Part shown: positions 17,546 to 33,386 of the stretch, in pieces
How the letters are laid out: each line of letters starts with the position of its first letter
How positions within the stretch are numbered: position 1 is the first letter of the stretch
Source: the human T2T-CHM13v2.0 reference genome, Homo sapiens
Direction: 5' to 3' (one strand)
Assembly (NCBI RefSeq): GCF_009914755.1
Contig: NC_060942.1
Length of the DNA stretch: 64,000 nucleotides
The notes under the pieces: model-generated
What the model was told of the DNA's origin: nothing
The model's input: only the letters and a program-made list of their open reading frames with translations
Databases searched by the model: none
Translations under genes and position numbers: made by a program

Positions 17546-18599
17546 CTGCAAGATAGAAAGTTTACAATCATTCGTTAAGTGTCATATATTTGGAGTAGAC
17601 ACAAAATTCACAAAATATTCATATATTTTGTCAGTACTATCAACATATAAGAGCCAACCCTTCTATCCAAATGTTTCCATTAAAGAAGAAATTTATGGAT
17701 GACCTCTGATTAAGCTCTAATGAAATTAGACCCTGTCTTACAGGTATCTAGTGCATTCTGCAAAATAGTGACCCTTTTACCCAATCTAGGAATCTGAGGG
17801 TCAGTTTATGTATTCATTAATTAACTGGTTTATTTATTAATTCAATACCTGTCAAATATTCCCTTCAGCAACCCTATCTTCTGCCCTCTGGCCTGGATTC
17901 ACATTCCAAGACAGTGTAAGCTAAAGTACAAAGCACAACTAAAATAAGCATGGCCTTGTTTCAACTCTAACATATGTATCCAGCACACTCAATAAAGAGA
18001 ATAATAAAATGGTCTGAGAAATACATCCTCTAGACATGTGGTACAACTTTAATAGCTATAATCAATCAGTAAAGTAAATAAATGTGACTGTTATGTTCAA
18101 TGCTATCAGAAATATAAAGATCTTTTATGGATTTAATAATATATTTAGTAAGTATTACATTTTATAAGCCATTCATCAAGAGCTCTCCACTCTAAATAAT
18201 TTTCATAAAGTGAATGTATTTATATAAATATATAATTCATATGCATTAATATTATTCATACACATTTCTCATTAGTTCAGCTAAAATGTGAATAAGTACA
18301 TCTCTGTTAATAGGTTAAAATACCACTGGGATTCACAGATTGTTAGCAACCTCAAGTGAAAATTATTTACCAATTAAGTCAAGAATAAATGCTAGTTGAT
18401 GAAGGACTTTTTAGAAAATTCATCTTCAGAGAAGGAAAAAAATTCACTAAGAAACATAGTTTCACCCATCGCTGACTAAAATAAATCCATAATGCACTGG
18501 AACTTCTTCATAATAAATATCAAACAAATTTGTTATTTTCTAGAAAATTATCTTTCTGTCACTAGGCAATTAGCCCAAGACAGTAACACCACCTCTTAC

Positions 18600-18704
18600 C
18601 TCCGCTACAGAAAGCACACAGAATACCGATGGATGTCGGGGATCAATGCCTTCTAATCTCATTCCAATCTGAAAACCATTTTCATGCTCTGGAAAGGACT
18701 GATC
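18600..18704 (-). CDS. L3MBTL4: L3MBTL4 coding exon, 105 nt, phase 0 to 0 (MBT repeat 1)
   Basis: ttttgtag|GAT CAG TCC...GTA GCG GAG|gtaaga; DQSFPEHENGFQIGMRLEGIDPRHPSVFCVLSVAE (MBT FxxGMxLExxD motif). Confidence 0.97.
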
Positions 18705-18771
18705 CTACAAAATTTCACGACATAACATTAGCCACTGAGATTTCATCACAGTTTTATATTAAGATATTTGG

Positions 18772-19040
18772 TGTCACCTCTAGGTGAAGTCTAAAACAAT
18801 TGAACTCATAGAAACAGAGAGTAGAATGGTGTCTACCAGAGGCTGGAAGTTGAGGGAATGGGGAGATGCTGGTCAAAGGGTATAAAGTGGCAGTTAGAAA
18901 GGAGGAATAAATGGTAAGTATTTAAGGTGATGGATGTGTGAGTATGCTTGATTCAATCATTCCACACTGTGTACATACAGCATAACATCACTGTCTACCC
19001 CAGGGTTATATATGATTATAATTTGTCAAAAACATAAATC
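18772..19040 (+). mobile_element. L1MA-type 3' end fragment
   Basis: gaactcatagaaacagagagtagaatggtg...ggggagatgctggtcaaagggtataaagt...tataatttgtcaa. Confidence 0.8.
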
Positions 19041-19049
19041 AAATAAGAA

Positions 19050-19308
<259 letters not shown>

Positions 19309-19685
19309 CAAATAAGAATTTTTTGAAAGAATTCACTGTATAGTTTAGAAGCTCAGTGATGTGGCTAAAGATGGAAGACTGTTCTTATATGTAGTTAGTG
19401 CTCAAGGATGGTTTCATTATGTTAATATGCTTTGAAATAGTACCTCCATGAAGTTGTGTGTCCTATGAACTTCCCATTTATTCCTTTTGCCCATTTTTCC
19501 TTCCTGTACCCTGGATAGCATCACTTTATTATATGGATTACCTACTCTCAGTCTGTGACTTGGCTCTTCACTGTGTTTACAGTGACTTTGTTGCAGATAA
19601 ACTTATAATTTTAAGGTAGTAAAATATATCAATTATTTTCTATACATTCTACATACCCAGCCTATGAAATCCTTCTTAACTCTGA

Positions 19686-20006
<321 letters not shown>

Positions 20007-20724
20007 CTAGTATTTTTTAAGAACTGTTGAAGTTTCTTTCTTCATATTTAAATTTGTAGTACAATTGAAATTGAGTTTTCTATGGTGTCAGGTAGAGGCC
20101 TACTTTTTTCACATGGAAAACAAATCATTCAAGAAAAGCGTTTTGAATAGTCCATACTTGAATTGATTGGCAAAGTCAGCTCTGTCATATATGGTTTCTA
20201 CATACTTGTAGGTCTTATTTCTGACCCCTCTCTTATGTTTCATTGACTTATTTGCCTATATCACACAGTTTTATTTGCTTATAATGAGCCTTTCTATTTA
20301 GAAAGCAATCATTTCCATATTAAGTTTTTTAAATTCAGAAACTTGTTCTCTCTCCCATTTGATCTAATCATTTTTATCTGTCAAAAGTGTTTTTCAATTT
20401 TCACATAAAACTGCCAATATACTTTGCTATATTTATTTCTAGATACCTTTGAATGTTTATAGCTATTTTTACTGTAATATTTTCACAGCAGACTTCCTAA
20501 TTTGCTCCAATTCATCATTATTTTCTTTAAGCACACAGTTTTGAACAGATTCACCATTACTAGTCACTTTATTGTTAATTGCAAATAATCATATACTAAT
20601 GGAAAATGATGAGTAGAACCTAGATCTATTAGATCTAGAGCTGCATTTAATCACTAATTGTATTATTATTTAATATTGCTTAACATCTGAATGCCTATTT
20701 TGGGGTTAAAATTTATTCTTTTCA

Positions 20725-21048
<324 letters not shown>

Positions 21049-21478
21049 TTAAAAGTTGCAACAACAAGACAGTGTAGAGAGCACATGCATAGATAGACTT
21101 TGCCTAGATTCACTCATTGCTACATTTCACCTGCTTTGCTTTACCATTTGTACTTACTCTATCTCTCATATGTCTCTGTGAGCATATACATAGATAGAGA
21201 AACATGTGGATATAAATTTTTTTCTTAACATTTTGAAGGCCCTTTACCCCAAAATAATTTTCCCTAAGAGTAGTGTATTTTCCCTAAGAATAGAACATTC
21301 TCTTGCAAAACCATAACTCAGTTATTAACTGTAAATTTAACATTTATACAATACTTTTTCTAATCTTCCATTCATATTCCAATTTTGTCCATTTATCCAA
21401 CAATATGCTTTCCAACACTCACCCCCATACACCGCCTGCAAAGCAGGAGCCAGTCTAGGGTCGGATGTTACGAGTTGA

Positions 21479-21890
<412 letters not shown>

Positions 21891-24800
21891 CCTTCCTCTG
21901 ATTTTTTGACTAGAACATTCCTGGTTTTGGGTCTGTCTGATGCTTCCTCAAGATTTGATTCAGGTGGTATATTTTTTTGCCAGAATACTACATGGATGTG
22001 TTGTGTCCTTCTCAGGGTATCGCATTCAGAGGCACATGATGTCCTTCTGTCCCTCACTGGTGATGGTAGTTTTGATCATTCAATCACAGTGTTGTCCAAT
22101 TTCTTCACTAGTTACATACAAAATGCACATATATGTACATTAACACATAGACATGTACACATGTATACCCATACAAACATACACATATATTTTATAAATC
22201 ATAAGTTCAAACAGATATGTCTAAGACTAATCCCCCCCCAAAAGGTTTGTTCTGCCCTCCTGCATCCACTTTGTGTTTCTCCTTGAGCAAAGTCGACACA
22301 TTTACTCATTTAACAAATCCTACAGGGCCTCTTACAGTTTCAGAACTGTTTTACCCATACTGTCATAATAAGAAAACCTATTTTAAAAGTTCAAGATTTC
22401 TTTGCAACTTTCCCTCCCTCCTGTGTCATCCAAGAATGGAGTATATTGTTAAAAACTGTGCTCGTGAACTACTTGGGTTCCTATTTGTTCTCTCTTCAGT
22501 AAAGTTACAATATCCATTTGAAATACAATTGAGTTCAAATTTGTTCAATTTGCTTTCAGTTCTTAATGATTTTTTAAATATGTAGAATATTAACATGCTT
22601 CCAAAAGTTAAAATTAGCAAAAGTTACTCAAAAATGTATCTCTTCCTCCCATATTCTATCCACCGCATTCCCTCACACCACCTCGTGGAGGTCACCAACT
22701 TCACTGTTTTCTGGTTTATGCTTCCGAAGCTTCTTTTTGTAAAGATAAGCAGTTATATGTAGGTTTTTCTTATTTCCCCTTCTTTCTCACACAAAAGGCA
22801 GCATACTATACATGCTCTTTTGCACGTGGCTTTTTGCATTACTAATGTCTCTTGGAAACCACTCCATGTCCATTCCCAACTATTACACGTACTCTTTTTC
22901 ACAGCTGCATTGTACTCCTCTGTGTATAGGTACCCCAGCTCATTCAACCTTCTTCTATACTTGGATGCAAGCCTTTTTTATATAAGCATGGAATAATTGT
23001 AAAACCTATGAATTGGCTTGTAAAATATCGTTAAATTTTTCTTACATTCTGAGGTCATTTTAGAAGCTTCTAAGGAAAAACTTAAAAGATGACAAACCCC
23101 AAAATGAAATGGCAAGAATGAATGATTTCTCAGGAATATTTTATTTCTATAAAAATAAATGTCATGTGTGTGTTTAACTCTCCCAGCCTTCTTCTCACAT
23201 CTACTATGTTTTCCAGCAGATTGTATTTAACAAGTTTTGTGTGACTACCTCCTGTTCACTGCTTTGAAATTTCTCGGTTAACTTCAAAAGTGCCATACAC
23301 ATATACAAATACACATGCACACAACGCTGACAAAATGCAATGAAAAAGGTAGACCACAGGGAGAGAATGTTACTAATGCTGAGAGGAAACTTAAGAAGCC
23401 ATAGAAACTGAAAGAACATTGTTCATGTTTTAACAAAACTGAAACACTGCAAAATTAGGGGTGGGGAGGAAACAGTGTTATGTTGAGCAAACTATACTGT
23501 CTTATCACACGTGATTGATAAATTTGAGACATTGACAATACTTCCCAGCCAGAAGTTAAGATGATCAATGTTACTCTTGTCAGCCTTTCAAATTGGTTTC
23601 CCAATGGAACATTTGGGAGCTTTCCATAATGTTGCAAGTAACATTACATAGCTAAAACAGACTCAGCATTTCTTGGAGGGTTTCAAAATAAAAAATAAAA
23701 CGTTCATTTTAACAATCTGAAAGGCAACATTTAGTGAGAAATATCACTGCCTTTCATCAGTCTCTCTTCTCTGTTAAATGGTTTATTCATGAACTGACAG
23801 GTTTTAAAAATTTTTTCCTTTTTAAAAATCTTATGTTTCATTAATATAATTGATACTGTGCTTATAAGATTATATTTTATGGTAAGAAAAGATAACTAGA
23901 GTTACATACTTAAAGCAAACAATAGGCCCATTAAATTCAGTCATAAAAAATTATAAGGTTCAGAGACCTGGAAAAAATTACAGATCGACTCGAGCCCAGA
24001 AGGGTGAATAAACTTTCTCTAGGTCACACAGCTAGTTTAGTAGCCTAGTACAACTAAGGGCCTGTGTCTTGTGAAAACCTGCCAGCTGTGTGTTCCACAT
24101 AAAGGGACAGAAGTGGCAACTAAACAGGCAAAACGAAACCTGGCTAGAGGCCATGGAAGGCCCCAAGGACATTTCCAAAGAAGCGCCAGTGCTCTTGAGT
24201 ACAAAAGTTAAGGTGTTTTGCTTTGTCATTTTCTTTTCCCAAAAAGCCACAAAATAACATTTTCTCATATGAAATTGATTTTGTCACTAATAAAGGAAAA
24301 GAAACATTATTCAAAGTTCCACACCTCTTGACAAAAGCAGGTACAAATTATATACTATTATTTAAAATGCTTGTAAAATGGGCCATAACATGAGGAAAAA
24401 ACAAAACAAACACACAAACAAAACACCGTCACCATGCCTAGAGAAACTGAAGACAAGCTACTGGTGAAATTCCTAAAAGCAATAATTATTATATGTGTGT
24501 GCCATCCACTCCACATTATGAGATCGAATAGATGATGCTTTGTCATGATTATTTTGTGAACCACAGTAGAATGGGGAAGGTCTGTGGCCATCAGTGCTGG
24601 CAGAGCATCAGCTAGGGGTGTATCACGGAAGAGCGCTCAAGTGATATAGCTGCAAGATTCCAACTGAATGCCCCTCAATAGTCTATGTTATTCAAAGGCA
24701 CGGGTAGGCAGTCAAAAATATTTTCCTCATTTTAATTCAGCATTGAGAGAGGTGGGGGAAATTGGGCCTGCAATCAAATCCTGGCCACCGAGGCACACAT

Positions 24801-25574
24801 TTTAACATGTTATACAAAGAACTGGGCAAGGACCTCAGGCCACTGATTTCTAAACCTTCACACGATAGCTCTCAAAGGGAAAGATGTTCACAGGAGGAAT
24901 TTTATATGCAGATGACAAAAACAAAATTTCTTACTACACAAAGGCCTTTGCCATGAATTCAGCAGCCTGCTCAAATGGTTTATCTCAGCAACATCTTCCA
25001 CATATAAAATTGTTCCAATGTGTCCCTTGGGGGACAAAATGTCACTATTTTAAATGTAAAGGGTGAAATATGAGGAAGTCTTACATAGGCGAACTGTGAT
25101 ATAAACAGCTTGACCACAGAGAATTTAACTCTTTGACAAAATTTGATGACTTTCTTCACTCAATGGAAAAAAAAATCAATCATGCTATCAGTAATGTCAA
25201 AAATAATTCAAATGCTACAGAAGAGAACATGAAGAAGTATTTTCCAGGATGAATACAACCAAAGAGAAAGTTAGGAAGGCCCTTGCAGGCTTCGCTAAAA
25301 TAGGGAGCATCAACTTGCAAGGTTTTGAGTGTGAGAGTCTTGTCAGCTCTGCCTTTGATGAAGCAAAAGGAAAAGATTTTATGTTTGGTCTGAATAAACA
25401 GCATGATTGAGAACTGTGCGAGAAACCGCCAAACACTTGCTGTTGTAGCCAGAAACCTAGAATGGTTAGATACAATTTTCTCAGTAAGAGAAAGGAAGAA
25501 TATAAGATAGAGAAGGAATAGTTATAGAGCCTAAGCTGTCCTTTATCAAGCCATACATAGATGCCTTTTAACAT

Positions 25575-25690
25575 TGCGCCAGATACTGTTTTAAGTACTT
25601 ACAAATATTAACACATTAAATCATCATAAAAACCCTATGCAGTGTTATTATGCACATTTTACAGATGATATGCCCAAGGCCACAGTGTAA
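25575..25690 (-). mobile_element. MIR relic
   Basis: gccagatactgttttaagtacttacaaatattaac...aaccctatg...cattttacagatga...cccaaggccacag. Confidence 0.65.
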
Positions 25691-26084
25691 GTGTATCTGG
25701 CTTTCCTGTTTGAGTGATTGGTCTGGATGCTAGAATATTACCAAAAGTTATAAGCATCACCATCCCCCTTGCTAATTAAAGACTTCATAATTTTTAACTT
25801 TTTATTTCATAATTATAAATATAATAAATGTTTCAAATATCTAAAATTGGTGGTCTAATATGTACCACCTATGGCCATTAAGTAATCCCCAGCTGCCAAA
25901 AGTGTGAAAACAGTGCCAAGGGGAGTCTATAAAAGGCATTCCTAAATGTGGGAATTTAATATAAATAAAGGTAGCACTGCACACTGCAGAGCAAAGAAGA
26001 TGGCATCAGAACACACGACTACCAATTTGGAAAGAACAATTCAGGTAGATTCCCACCACAATATCATATACAAAAATACTTTTA

Positions 26085-26505
<421 letters not shown>

Positions 26506-27037
26506 TTAGATAAGCATATGGTGTGTTTTCATTTTTTATCAAAAAAAACACAGCTATTTACATAAACATGATTTACATATCTACATAGCTACATATATAC
26601 AGATCTGGAAAGATTTACATCAAATTATTTTGAGTGGTTCATCTAGAGAGGAGAACAGACAGAGAGAGACCCTTTTATTTTTATACCCTTCTGTCTTGTT
26701 AAAAATGTTAAATGACATAGTAATTCTTAAAAAATCAACACATACACATAATCAAGTGATGGTGATACTAAATGAGCAGGCAGGACGCAGGCCATGATAA
26801 GACTCATATGTCCTGCTAAGAAAATTTTATTTCATTCTTAATTGATAAAGCACCAGCAAAAGATGCAAAAAATATTCTTGCATCTTATTAGCAGCGGTGT
26901 GGGAAACTGATTAGAAAGGTGGCAAGACTAGAAGTAGAAGACGTTAAAAAGGCTTTAAGTATCTGTCAATTATTAAGAATCTGCCATATGCCATGTACAG
27001 TGTCTAAGTCAACTACTTAAGCCTTAAAACCCCCTGG

Positions 27038-27373
<336 letters not shown>

Positions 27374-30300
27374 TCACACATGAAGAACTAAGGCTCACAG
27401 TTGTTCACAAATTGCTCTGTTTGCACACTGGTCAATACAAAACCTGGAATTCAAATTCAGGCCTTGGCCTGTGCACTTAACTCCCAAGTTCTATTACATT
27501 TAGAAAGTTGCAACAGCCTTGACAACTGATAATGAGGACCTCAGCCAGTGCAAGTAGGACTGGGAATGGGGGAAGTGGCCAGATTCAGTACATACTTAGG
27601 GGGTAAAATGGGCAGTGCCTGATGCCTGGCTGGAGGCAGAGGACAAGGGAGGCAGAGGATTTTAAGGTGGTGCCCACATTTCAGGCTTGAAATAAATTGT
27701 CAAATTTTCCATAATGCTAATTTTCACCTTGATAATGGGAATGATATCTACCAACACTTTCAAAGACTTCATGGGAAGCTCATGGACAACCACAGGCTGC
27801 ATCCTTCCAACCTTCTGTTGCATTATTACAGCTCCAATGTTCTTCCAGGAATCTTGCAATAAATCTTTTCATCATAAAAGTCTATTTACTGCAAGACAAT
27901 GGAAGACTATGAGAGGTTATGAAGCTCCTTCCTTGCTTTTTCCTTGAGAAACTTTATGATCTTTACCTGAGTTAACAGTGGCACTTAGCAGGAATGTTAG
28001 ATTTTCTTCTGGCTTTCTCTTGTTTTAATCACAGAAAACAGAGAACTTAAAATATTATATACACTAATACACGCACACACTCACCACATGTACACATTTG
28101 CTCTTTTTCTATTCTTGTTCAGACTACACCTTAATATAGCTGTTTTTAATAGTGGAGTCAGAGTGGGGTTCATGATGTCTTCGGGCGTTCTAGAATCCTC
28201 TTGAATTTTATACAAAATTTTGGGTGCAAATGGATATAAGCATTTCCCCAAGGATATTATTATTCCCTAAGGATACCCTAATTCCCTGAGGATATTATCA
28301 ATAGCTTTCATTAGATATTCAAAGAGGTCTAAGACCCAAAAACAGATTAAGAGCCACATGGCTACCCTTCAAGGGGATTTGTCATTAATCAACCCACTGA
28401 CTAAATAATAATACACATTTGGAAGCCTTCAGTAAGCAGAACACAGCAGTTCACTGCAGTTGTTCATCATGGGGATACAGGCCAAGCAGCAAGGCATGCT
28501 TCAAATTCCGCTTTTTCAAAGTGACACCTTTTTTTTTTTTTTTTTTTTTTTGCCATCTATTTGTTTGGCTGATGGGGAAAATCATCACCTACATAATTAA
28601 ACAGAACTTGCTACAAAGCTGCAGTTAAGATGGCAGTGAAGGATGGCTGATTGTGTATTTTTAAACTTTCATTTTAGAGACTACTTCCTTGTTATTTTGA
28701 ACATTTTTCATAGATTAATTCTGAACTTAGAATCCTAAACTGCTGCCAAGATTGTAGCAAGAGGCATTCTTCAAATAGAGAAACAGAACTCAGGGCTCAA
28801 CAAAAATATACTTTAATAAGTTAAGTGAATGCAGTTCTTATTGGCTTTCTGTGAATCCATTCTGCTAGAATTTCAATTGCAAAATCCTCATTTCCCCAGA
28901 AGCTACTAATAGTAAGAAATTTGGCTGCACAATAAACATTTTAATGTGCATCCTAACCACTGACTGAATTACGGTCTCAGAAACAAAAACAAAGCACGTA
29001 CCGGAGCAGATAAAACACTACTAGGTCTAGGCAACCTTAGACCAGCAAAGATCATTTATGAACAAAGAAAAAGAACCCACACCATTCATAATACAGGACT
29101 GCACAGAAAGAACTTTTTAAAATAACTTCTCAAATTGTTTGATAATTCACTGGCCATCACCGAACTGATTCCACAAATCCTGAGTCTAGTGTCTAAAACA
29201 ATAAACTCACATATTTTTCCCCCAATGACTAAACTCTTCCCAGAGAAAATAGACAAGGATACTTCTAATACATATTTCCTTTAACTAAACAAGAAGTCGT
29301 GTCTACCCTTGATTCCAAATGCCACCATTTTCCTCTTTAATTCCTCCTCCTTCTGAAGAGCTCTGAACTTGACATTCAGCTTCCAGCTGGAACTGCAGAT
29401 AAGCAGCCTGTTACAAGTGCTTCATACCCCTACCAGGAACTAAAAAGCAGTCCTGATCTGACTGTCTGGTTCCAGACTTCAGATCTGCTCAACTATTTCC
29501 CAGCAACCCTGGTACTTTCAATCACCATTTCAGAGACACAGATTCTAAATGTAGGAAAAGCATCTGAACCACATCAGGATGTATCTTCAATTCTGCCCCA
29601 GAACTTAGACCTTTAGAAACTACGGGAAATGAGCATGAATGGGAATTCTTTCTGCCCTTCAGAGCCCCAGCAATTAATCATCTTAAATGACTTCATGTCA
29701 CAAGGCCACACTCTATTTTTAAAATACAGTTCCTTCTTTCGTCTCGATATGCCTTGTGATTTAAACTCCAACCAAACATCTCAATATAATGCACACAGTA
29801 TTCTTTCAAAAAATGCTTTTTTTCCCCCTGGGAGTACTGTTAAATACCAGTGAAGTTACCTTAAAACTGAAGGCAACAAAATACATATAAAAGGCAAAAA
29901 AAAAAAAAAAAGAATAGGTAGACAAGCAAACAGTTTAGGCAATTGAAAAGAGGACACAGACTCAGGCTATAATTTGGTTCCAAGCATATCAGAATGCATA
30001 AAGTATTTCACTGCATTTTATAAAAGTACTAAAAAGCCAGACATGGTCATCATTTGGCTTATGATTAATATTTAAAGTACTAAGAAGCATCTATATTAAA
30101 ACAGTGATAGTATTCTCAGTGACTGTCAAGTAATTTGGAACCATGTTCACAGCACAAACACTTGGTATCTGACTAAACTCTTCTGGCTGGAAAGCTTCTG
30201 GGTATCTCAAAGTTTCACAAGGAGTTTTAACAAATAGGAATTTCCACAGAACAATCTTCCTGCACCTGCAGGGCTAAATACAAATTCAGACTATCAAAAA

Positions 30301-31685
30301 CAAAATGCACCTATCAAAAACAAAATGCACATGTGCACGTCTTTCAGATTCTATTTAATGTATAGGCATAGATAGAAAAATTCCATTTTTAAAATATAAT
30401 TCAGGCATAGGTGAAGAACTTAAATTTGGGGTAGGGTGAATTCCCTTTACTCAGATTTCAAGTAAGGAAGACAAAGAGAGAATAGGAATGTGTTCAAATA
30501 AGGCTGTCTTGTTTCTAGGACAATTAGGAGGTTAAACCAGGAAGGTGCCTCTGTTCCTCCAACAACCCCCAGCCCCTCCCAAAAATAAATGCAACCTTAT
30601 CATCCTGCAGAAGGCTGGAATTTCCTTTTCAGGACATAAAGTCTTTCTTTCTGAAATCATACTAGATTATAATAATAGCTATGAAGAGGGGAAGGAGGTA
30701 GAGCAGGACAAGAAAGTGGGGGGAGGTGGGAACGCCACGATTGTGCCTTGTTTAGAGAGAAAGGGGATGAAATGAGGAACCACTTCTGTTTTCATCGTGA
30801 ATAAAGTTGGTGAGTCATCAGGCAGGAGAGAGGAGGCTGGGAACAACGTGACCCACTAAGGATTCTGCTCCAAGGACAGTGGGTTTCCCGCTGGGCACCC
30901 ACTCTTAAGTGCAGATCGGGAGACTAAGACAGGAACACCCGCCGTGGGCAGGCCAGGCTGGAAGGATAGAGGACTGTGGTCGAACCAAGGCAAGTTGTGG
31001 CAAGGACAAGGTCTGCCGAGGCCAGGCTGGGCTAGTGTTCTGAATAAACAGGGGGTCGGTGGTCAGAGCACACAGGGCTACCAAGAGGGGCTGAGAAAAG
31101 GCAGTGGGAAAAGCAAGGGACGAGAGAAAGAGTGATTTTGAGAACCGCTTGTATTTAAGCAAGTCATCTATATGCCAGGCACTGTAGTACGCTGGACACT
31201 TGATATACACGATGTGGAATTCTTCAGGAAAATCCCTGAGAAGTAGGTGATATTATCTGCTGTTTTCAGTTAAATCAACTAAGAGTCAGGGAGGTGCCTC
31301 CACACAGTGAGGGGAAGCAGTGGAGGGCTTACTGAGGCAGCGCAGGTAAAAGCACAGCAAACAATACGAACCTCTCCCGGGAACCAGAGGGCAGAGAGGA
31401 ACTAAAACAAGAAGAAAGAAACCCAAGTCAGGCTTCCAGGAGATCACAATTTCACCGAGAGACAAAATACACCCACACGTAACCACACAGAATGGCACAG
31501 GTTAAGGCAGTTAAGGAGCTGGATGAACTGACCCAAAGGTCAGGTTGCGGAGGCTGGAGGTGGGAAAGAAGGTTGGAAAAATCCAGAAAGAGAAAATGCA
31601 GTCTAAAATTTCAAGAAGCCAGTCTGGACTAAGGAGATGAGTTAGGGAGGAAAATGCAGAACCAAGGGACATTATTTTTTCATAA

Positions 31686-32060
<375 letters not shown>

Positions 32061-33386
32061 TCTAAAAGGAAATGTTCAAAAGAGAAGAAACGTCAGCTTA
32101 CAGGCAGGCCCTGAGATAACTGATGGAGTAAGATCTCTAGAAAGGCAGGAATGGAAAGGATGCAGAGCACAGGTGCAGGAGGCTGGAGAGAAGGGACACT
32201 TCTTCCAGGACCACAGGGGAAAGAGGCAGGAAGAGGTGTGCTGAGTGATGGTCTGCAGGGGGCAGTGGAAGGTCTCACCACATGCAGTAAGGGACTGAAA
32301 GCTTCAGGTGGGAGGAAAGATGCCTGCCAGCATAGACCTGCTTTCCTAGGGAGCAGGGAGAGCCCAGACTAACAACACAGAAGGACGGCCAGACAATGCC
32401 TGCACGCTGAGGCTGTGCATCTGCAGGGCCACAGCTATCTGCAAGGCCTCATGGTTCCTACTCAGCAGTGCTTGGCACCTGGGGTAGAGAAGGTAGGCAG
32501 TGAATACGCATTAGTCAGGAGCTGGGATTGCGGTGGGCATGGATGGGGAGAGGATAGCAGGGAGGCAACGGACTGAAGATCCTGGCAAGAGAATGGCTGA
32601 CATGAGGGAACTGGGCTGAGCTGGCCAGGGAAAATGTGAAGCCAGGAGGGAGACAACAAAGGAACTACAAGTCTTAAAAGAAAAAGTGGTGCTGTAAGAA
32701 TAAGGGACAGAAAAGTCTGGAAAGACAGTGGACAAAATCAGATGGTGAGATTAAAGTTTACCATTGCAGAGGAGGTTCAACTGTGACTTATGCCAGTGTG
32801 GTCACGAAGGCAGATGGGTTGAACTGAAAAGGGGGCACCGGTTCCTGGCATGGAGGCACCCAAGGTCTTAGGAGGTGGATGGACTGTCACATGGGCAAAG
32901 AAATGTCCCAGGGTGAGAACGGGACTGGGTGGGAGAGGGTGGAGGAGGGGAGAGAGCAGAGGGAGGTGAACAGTGTGAGCAGACACACATGCACACACAC
33001 CCTATTGAGGCAGCAAGAGTGGAAATAGCAGTGTTACGACTGCATAAATCACCAAGAAGGGAGGGTTGGGCATGCAAGTAGAAATAGGGTAAGAAAGGAG
33101 TGGTTGGGAGCTGGAGTAGGCTAGGCCTGCCTGCACCCAGAGGGAGAAGTGGACGTGGCACAGGGGCACCCAGGAGGCAGAGTGCCCGGGGGGAAGCAGG
33201 TGTGCACCTGGCCACAGGGAGGAGGGAATGACGTGTTGAGCTCTTGGGAAAATTGCATAATTTGTTTTACCACAGGCAGGACTGCAAAGGCCACAGAAGA
33301 ATAATTTGGGAGAGAGACAACCCATGAGAAGTCACTCAGACCAGGGTCAGAAACAGAACAGGAACAACAATGGAAAGAGGATGACA

